A stretch of 64,000 bases of DNA from Neoechinorhynchus agilis (taxonomy: Eukaryota > Animalia > Acanthocephala), in assembly GCA_051530055.1 (NCBI GenBank), contig CM121343.1, forward strand, positions 6,046,389 through 6,110,388, written 5' to 3'. Positions 56,531-64,000 of the stretch are shown here, one piece after another. Made by a program: the position numbers and the translations under genes. A model generated the notes under the pieces. That model had not been told where the DNA came from and did no database searches. It saw only the letters and a list, made by a program, of their open reading frames with translations. Position 1 is the first letter of the stretch; each line of letters starts with the position of its first letter.

Positions 56531-58460
56531 CTAAGAGTGATTAGTCTTTTCCCCGTTTGGTTGCGGGGTTAGAAAATTCATTGTGTGATATCCGGGAAGA
56601 TCTGCCTCGTCATCATCGGGTGGAAATAACAGTCTAACTCGGTCACTTTTGGCTCGCATCTTGGCACTTGTTCCATTATTGCACCGGACATTCCTATTGC
56701 ATCCCTTGTCCAACAATAGCTGGACTATAAGAGGATTGTTCCGATCGCATGCCCAGTGTAGAGCAGTCCACCCTTGTTCGTCCTGAGCGTTGATTTCACA
56801 ATTAGATTCAATCAAGACTAAAGCCACCTCCACGTGATTGTGATATGCTGCGTATATCAGCGGTGTCAATTGTTCGTTCGAGCGCCTATTAATATCAGCA
56901 CCAGCATCTACTAGAGCCAAAGCTATTTCTGCCAAGTGGGCTGCACTAGAGTTAATCCCTGCTTCCTGTGATGACGAACTGTTGCTGAATCCTTCGATTC
57001 CAACACTGTCGACACTTCCACCTGAAGACCGAGAATCCAACCTGCGATATGAATTCGTATACAATAAACCATTAACCGAACCCTCATTGTTAGACAATGC
57101 TCGTATGGACTTTACTGGACTTCGACATAACTCATGTAGCGATGTTCTATTCACCGAATTACACACATTTATGTCCGCTCCGGCCTCCAGCAAAACCAAG
57201 ACCGCGTCTGGCTGACACCAATAACAAGCCTTCATAAGTGGAGTCCATAAATGTTGGTCACGTGCATCTATTCTAGGACACGTCTGCAGCTTCTCAAAAA
57301 GAACTTCTTGAAAAACAACCAGATTATGAAAGGCTCATATTGTAAAAAAATGACCGTCGATTCAGGTTCTGTTGAAATTAAAGAAAACATGAAATTCTTA
57401 GTCACATACTAAAATTCTAAACACGTTCGGATTTCATGGTGTATTAAAGCCGAAATTTAGTGACAAGGAACATTAATACAAAAATGACGATTTATCACTT
57501 TCTTACATAGTGAGAGTTTCAATGCAACTTATAGCCTAGAAATTACAGTGTCAAACCATCTTCAAATGGCTCGTATTTCACAATTCGATATGTACCAGAA
57601 TTCTTTAGACAAAATTACGACCTAGATGCGTCGTGGGCTTTCAAGCAAATCCAATCAGCATCATTAAAGGCAATGTCATTTCTCGTTAAGATTGGTCCCA
57701 GTGCCTCTTATTCGGGACCTTTCAACATCTAACAAGTGATCCTTGAGTACAAAGACTAAGGGAAAAGTCGATTATAACTGAGAGACGAACACTAATCGCT
57801 TTAAAATATTTATATTCTGCTAAAGTGCAGGAATGGGTGTAAAACTCAAGGTTCTATCTTCTACAGTGACCTGAATAACGACGTGTCTAAAGATGCCTGC
57901 GATCCGAAAAGATCCTTTTAGAAGCAATTAGGTATTTTTTTGACCTGGGGATTGAAGCTGAGTGTTTGGGCTTGTTACATTCTCTAAAAGACAAAGGAGG
58001 TTTTTGTGCTTAAACAAATAGCCAGCATCTTGATAAACTTTTACACAACGCGCTCCCTGTGTCAATAAACAATTGAACAAATTAACGCTTGAATGTGTAG
58101 GATAAAGCGAATAACAAAATTTTTGGCAGCAGAAGCGTCCTAGTGTACGCCACATCCGGCAGCAATGAGTTTTTTAATGATTTCAGAGTGACCCCTTTGA
58201 GCGGCGTGATGAAGAGAAGTGTACTCACATGAGTCTGTCTTATTGGGATTTGCGTTATTCTTCAACAATATATCAACAACGTTATCGTGTCCATTAGCAC
58301 TTGCGATGAGTAAAGGCGTAGACTTCGTTTCAAAAGAAACCCAGTCTACATTGATAGTCTGGTACATCCTATCTGATTCGAGCATCCGCTCTACTAGATG
58401 AGCTTTTCCAAGACCGCAACAGTGATAAAACCGTTCGTTTCGGCTCTCGGCTGCACCCAT
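56531..58460 (-). CDS. Ankyrin-repeat protein (about 6-7 repeats) with N-terminal MGAAES motif
   Basis: TPLLIASANGHDNVVDILL, TSLHHAAQRGH, WTPLMKACYW..DAVLVLL, TPLIYAAYHNH and TALHWACDRNN. One large intron at about 57.27-58.15 kb, exact junction unresolved. Confidence 0.85.
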
Positions 58461-58896
58461 TGTTGACAATTCTTGCTCCTGGCCTCGGAGTAGAATTTTG
58501 AGACGGAAGGTTAGCTCTTATCTTAAAAGAAAAGCGTAATTCAGCGCTTTTGATTCAATTTCCAAATGCACCTACGAGCCATCACGCAAAAAAAGATGGT
58601 CACTATTACACACCGCGAAGCGTGTGAGAGGTTCATAAGTTCACGCATGCGCACACGCACGAATACTTACATTGGAGCAGGGCGGAAGGGGGAGCACTGA
58701 CGAAACCAGGCGTAAAATGTAGATAAATACGTTCCGTTGTACCGTTAAATACGATCAATACGGATGATGAATACGTGCACGGCGGTGGCGGGGGAGGGAA
58801 AAGACGGACCCCAGAACAAAAGACTGTTTTTGACAAATCTTTTTTCCACCAACATTGATTTCTTGCCGTTTAAATGTACCGGAGAGTTTCTGTGAT

Positions 58897-59212
58897 TCCC
58901 GTACTGAACGTTTTCCATCTAAATGTTTAACATGATGAATGTTGTTGTTAAGACGGGCGAACAATAAGAGAAAGCTTAGAGATCGTTCAAACTTCCCGTA
59001 TTGAACGTTGGATTTCATTAACTTCCATTTAAATGTTTAACATGATGAATGTTGTTGTTGAGACGGGCGAAAAATAAGAGAAAGCTTAGAGATCGTTCAA
59101 ACTTCCCGTATTGAACGTTGGATTTCATTAACTTTCATCTAAATGTTTAACATGATGAATGTTGTTGTTGAGACGGGCGAACAATAAGAGAAAGCTTAGA
59201 GATCGTTCAAAC
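58897..59212. repeat. 110-bp near-perfect tandem repeat, about 2.9 units
   Basis: AAATGTTTAACATGATGAATGTTG recurs at 58921, 59031 and 59141. Confidence 0.95.
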
Positions 59213-60539
59213 TCAGCTCCTACTCTCCTTCCTCCTATTTTTCATTTAGGATTCAGTAGAGTCTCAAGCGACTAATTTTTTTGATCCGTACAGCAGTATG
59301 CACGTGAAATAAATAAACAAAATACGTTGGATTCATTGGAACTAATGATTCATTTTTGCTGTCGCGACGGCGTTAGTGGGGAGAAAAACAAGAAAAGGAA
59401 TCATTATCAAAATCTTGAAAAATTCAATTATACATTTTGTTGAAGGAAGTGCACGGATAAGGGAGAAGAGCAATCATGTCGGTGATGTTATGAAGTACTA
59501 CTCGATTTAGCAGCACCATTGATTCTAAATTGATGATACGACGACGAAGATGATGAGTGTGGCGACGGAATACTCACTGAAGAGGAGAAGAAGATGGAAA
59601 CGTATACGTGGCTATGCAATGTGCAACACATACGAAGAAGCAATCCAGTCAATGAGAATGTCTTACACTTGCGTCTATACCGCTTCAAGGCGCTATTAAC
59701 AAAGATTCTGTACAGCAGAGCGAGAAAAAAACAACCGCTTCCAATCGAGCAGATTATGGATACGTAGTACGCAAATTGATGGAATGTGTGTGTGGAACTA
59801 AGAAATGCAGGCTTTTGAATGATTCACAACAAAACCTAACTGTCCCTCGGGAACCGTCATTCAACTGAATTTAGACGGTGTCAAAATGGATTTAGCGGGT
59901 CCGCAAACACACACACCGAAAGTTCGAATAGAACCGTGCGTATTGTGTGTGTGTGTGCCGTTTTGGATAAATTATATAGAAAAAAAGGAGCATTTGTAGG
60001 CCCGAACGAGTGAGCGATGCTGCCAATGTGCCGTTTTAATGATTCAATGATTCAATGACTCGGACTTGAACCGAATATGGTGTCGAAGAGCGCATAAACA
60101 CCCTCTTTTGGGTACAGAAAAATAGTTCTGACAGCGAGATGATGCCATGCGACCTCTTCCTTCATTTTCCGTGTGTCCCATCATCGCACTGATGCCACGA
60201 ACATGTAAAAAGGCGGATGGAGGGGGAGAAGTAGGGAAGGGAAGTGCACTAGTGGAAGCGAGTATTAGAGCAAACAGAATGCACGTACCTTTTGTGAGAA
60301 TGAATTACCATCCCAATATAGATGATGCTGCGTGGTTGTGTCTGTGTGTAACGATTGAGATCATTTTAGTCCAGCAAACTCGTACTGCCTTAATGGGAAC
60401 AAACAAACCGTAGCTCATGTTACTAAGAGTTTCGACGGAAAGCGAATTTGAATCCATCAGTAGAGAAATCACCTATAATACTCATATCCGTTGATTACAC
60501 ATTTTCCCAACGAAATTAAATTTGTAGAAAATACAATCG

Positions 60540-62960
60540 ATCTCTAAACAGATCCACTCATTCCTGCCGAAGAAGAGAACATGTACATTCGAATCATGAC
60601 CTTAAATCAAGTAAGAAAACTTGCTAGAATATTCAAATTATGCATTCTCCCATTTTTTTCTCCATTGCATTAAGAAGCTCTGATGCGTTTCTGTGACTAA
60701 AATAGTTTTTAAAAAAAAGATAAAAACAAATCCACTGATTAATTTACTTCCCGAAGAACACGTAGATTTCAAATAATTTCTTGAGCTTAAATGAAGTAAG
60801 AAAACTTGGTGAAAAATTCAAATGATGCCTTCTGCCACTTTTTCCCCATTGCATTCGGAAGTTCTGATGCTTTTCTGTGACTAAAATAGCTTATAAAAAA
60901 GATAAAAACAAATCCACTAATTAATTTACTTCCCGAAGAACATGTAGATTTCAAATAATTTCTTGAGCTTAAATGAAGTAAGGAAAGTAGGTGAAAAATT
61001 GAAAATCACAGAAAATTCAAATGATGTCTTCTGCCACTTTTTCCGCCATTGCATTTAAAAATTCTGATGCTTTTCTGTGACTAAAATAGTTAAAAAAAGA
61101 TAAAAACAAATCCACTAATTAATTTACTTCTCGAAGAACATGTAGATTTCAAATAATTTCTTGAGCTTAAATGAAGTAAGAAAAATTGAAAAAAAATTCA
61201 AATGATGCCCTGCCACTTTTTCCCAACTGCATTCGGAATTTCTGATGCTTTTCTGTGACTAAAATTGTTAAAAAAAAGATAAAAACAAATCCACTAATTA
61301 ATTTACTTCCCGAAGAACATGTAGATTTCAAATAATTTCTTGAGCTTAAATGAAGTAAGAAAACTTGGTGAAAAATTCAAATGATGCCTTCTGCCACTTT
61401 TTCCCAACTGCATTCGGAAGTTCTGATGCTTTTCTGTGACTAAAATTGTTAAAAAAAAGATAAAAACAAATCCACTAATTAATTTACTTCCCGAAGAACA
61501 TGTAGATTTCAAATAATTTCTTGAGCTTAAATGAAGTAAGAAAACTTGGTGAAAAATTCAAATGATGCCTTCTGCCACTTTTTTCCCCATTGCATTCGGA
61601 AGTTCTGATGCTTTTCTGTGACTAAAATTGTTAAAAAAAAGATAAAAACAAATCCACTAATTAATTTACTTCCCGAAGAACATGTAGATTTTAAATAATT
61701 TCTTGAGCTTAAATGAAGTAAGGAAAGTTGATGAAAAATTCAAATGATGCCTTCTGCCACTTTTTCCCAACTGCATTCGGAAGTTCTGATGCTTTTCTGT
61801 GACTAAAATTGTTAAAAAAAAGATAAAAACAAATCCACTAATTAATTTACTTCCCGAAGAACATGTAGATTTCAAATAATTTCTTGAGCTTAAATGAAGT
61901 AAGAAAACTTGGTGAAAAATTCAAATGATGCCTTCTGCCACTTTTTCCCAACTGCATTCGGAAGTTCTGATGCTTTTCTGTGACTAAAATAGTTTTAAAA
62001 AAAGATAAAAACAAATCCACTAATTAATTTACTTCCCGAAGAACATGTAGATTTCAAATAATTTCTTGAGCTTAAATGAAGTAAGAAAACTTGGTGAAAA
62101 ATTCAAATGATGCCTTCTGCCACTTTTTCCCCATTGCATTCGGAAGTTCTGATGCTTTTCTGTGACTAAAATAGTTTTTAAAAAAAGATAAAAACAAATC
62201 CACTAATTAATTTACTTCCCGAAGAACATGTAGATTTCAAATAATTTCTTGAGCTTAAATGAAGTAAGAAAACTTGGTGAAAAATTCAAATGATGCTTTC
62301 TGCCACAATTTTCCCCGTTGCATTCGGGCGTTCTGATGTTTTTCTGTGACTAAAATAGTTTTTAAAAAAAGATAAAAACAAATCCACTAATTAATTTACT
62401 TCCCGAAGAACATGTAGATTTCAAATAATTTCTTGAGCTTAAATGAAGTAAGAAAACTTGGTGAAAAATTCAAATGATGCCTTCTGCCACTTTTTCCCCC
62501 ATTGCATTCGGAAGTTCTAATGCTTTTCTGTGACTAAAATAGTTTAAAAAAAAAGATAAAAACAAATCCACTAATTAATTTACTTCCCGAAGAACATGTA
62601 GATTTGAAATTATTTCTTAGGCTGAGCTTAAATGAAGTAAGGAAAGTAGGTGAAAAATTCAAATGATGCCTTCTGCCACTTTTTTCTCGACTGCATTCGG
62701 AAATTCTGATGCTTTTCTATGTCTAAAATAGTTTTTAAAAAAAGATAAAAACAAATCCAGTAATTAATTTACTTCCCGAAGAACATGTAGATTTCAAATA
62801 CTTTCTTGAGCTTAAATGAAGTAAGAAAACTTCGTGAAAAAATTCAAATGATGCCTTCTGCCACTTTTTTCTCCATTGCATTTGGAAATTCTGATGCTTT
62901 TCTGTGACTAAAATGGTTTAAAAGAGAGATAAAGCAAATCCACAGATTCATTTACTAATC
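60540..62960. repeat. AT-rich satellite, about 181-184-bp unit, about 13 copies
   Basis: GATAAAAACAAATCCAC recurs at about 60719, 60901, 61099, 61278, 61459, 61641, 61822, 62004, 62187, 62371, 62555 and 62744, with degenerate terminal units. Confidence 0.97.
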
Positions 62961-64000
62961 CAAAGAGATCATTTTTTGTCGATGATAACTAACTATTCCA
63001 GTATGAAACGTTTTTAAATGTTTGAAATAGCTTCTAGAACTTAGAGCTCAATTTAAATGAAACAAGAAAATCCTCAAAAAAGTAAGATTGTTCAAAATTG
63101 AACAAATAGACTGATACGAAATGATTAATTCTTAACACCCGCTAAGAATCGGGAATGGGCGTTCCTAGTCCGAAAAGTAGATATAAAAATAGTGTATTTT
63201 TGGATAAATTTGATATTTGTAGACAATAATGTTGCTTATTATAGCTTAATGCAGATAAGAATGCTACGACCACATAACCGCATTCCATCTTAGACAGTTT
63301 TAATAGTACGGATGCTTGAAGGTAATCCAATGCCGCAATATGCTTACATTGTATCAAGGTTTCAAAACAAGATTTAATATATCATCTTGTCCAGAAAATA
63401 AACCGATCAAAGACATTCTTCTAAAAATTATGAGATTCTAAAAAAACACAAAGAATTTCCTTTTTAATTTAAAATTATTTGGGGGGGGCGAATTGGGGCC
63501 GTAGAATGATGAAAGAAGGGGCCGGCGACACCCTTTTATTCCAAACTGAAAATCGTTTCCAATTTGAGGCTCGAGTAAGTGGAAATGCCATTTCGCAGCT
63601 AACCAAAATAAACATTTTTTACCCTGAGACTCTTCAACACTCGTATTTCGATTCGGCATGCTTCGTTCTTGCCGTATTCCCCAAAACCCATAAGTTTTAC
63701 ATCACTTATTCAAAATGGAACATAACCCACACGCGATAAAGCAAACTTCCGAAGAAGTCTAATGAAATCTCCTATTCTGATGTTTTTCATTCTCACAAAA
63801 ATTCATGATTCCAATGCAAATAGCACGGAAGAATCGGCGTTTCCTTTTGAGCACAATTTAAAACTTGATTTCCGATGCTCGCGGCAGTGTTTTGCATACC
63901 TCGACTTCAATCCTTGCGTAGTTATCTCGAAAATGGCGGTTATATTCAGTGTTCGTCACTTTATGGTCGCTTGTCGGAACTCTTCTTAGTGGGAACGTCT

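Noticed and set aside
58897-59212. Spliced-leader RNA gene cluster
   Set aside because: AAGTTTGA resembles the nematode SL1 end, but no GT donor follows and no Sm site is evident.
63479-64000. NIP7-like match (FPKTHKF) or a truncated gene at the window edge
   Set aside because: The match is only a few residues. A possible minus-strand exon ending at a GTATGC donor near 63.9 kb has no recognisable product.

Overview
Eukaryotic (animal, most likely a compact-genome invertebrate) genomic DNA, AT-rich, with many very short GT-AG introns (about 47-63 nt). Nine host genes are recognisable by eye: an NR2F/COUP-TF nuclear receptor, protein disulfide isomerase, a QKI/How STAR protein, a LIM-domain protein, an ATG2-like lipid transfer protein, an animal heme-peroxidase-fold protein lacking both catalytic histidines, a PDZ-RGS-C1-DH-PH RhoGEF (ARHGEF11/12-RhoGEF2 type), RABGEF1/Rabex-5 and an ankyrin-repeat protein. 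One further ORF is unassigned. Intergenic DNA and introns carry non-LTR retroelement debris (CRE-like RLE fragments, an R2/NeSL-like RT fragment, L2/CR1-group 3' ends, a Penelope GIY-YIG remnant), MITE-like hairpins and tandem repeats (83, 110 and about 181 bp units plus GGT-based arrays). The most striking observation is a dispersed tRNA-headed SINE-like family (4 copies). It carries all three hammerhead ribozyme core strands, with covarying helices, but in a non-circularly permuted order: GAAA strand, then CUGAUGA strand, then cleavage-site strand. Other leads are an in-frame TGA inside a conserved ATG2 motif and a candidate 47-nt AT-AC intron in RABGEF1. All calls come from manual reading and remembered family motifs. 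No database search or folding program was run, and several exon boundaries are approximate.
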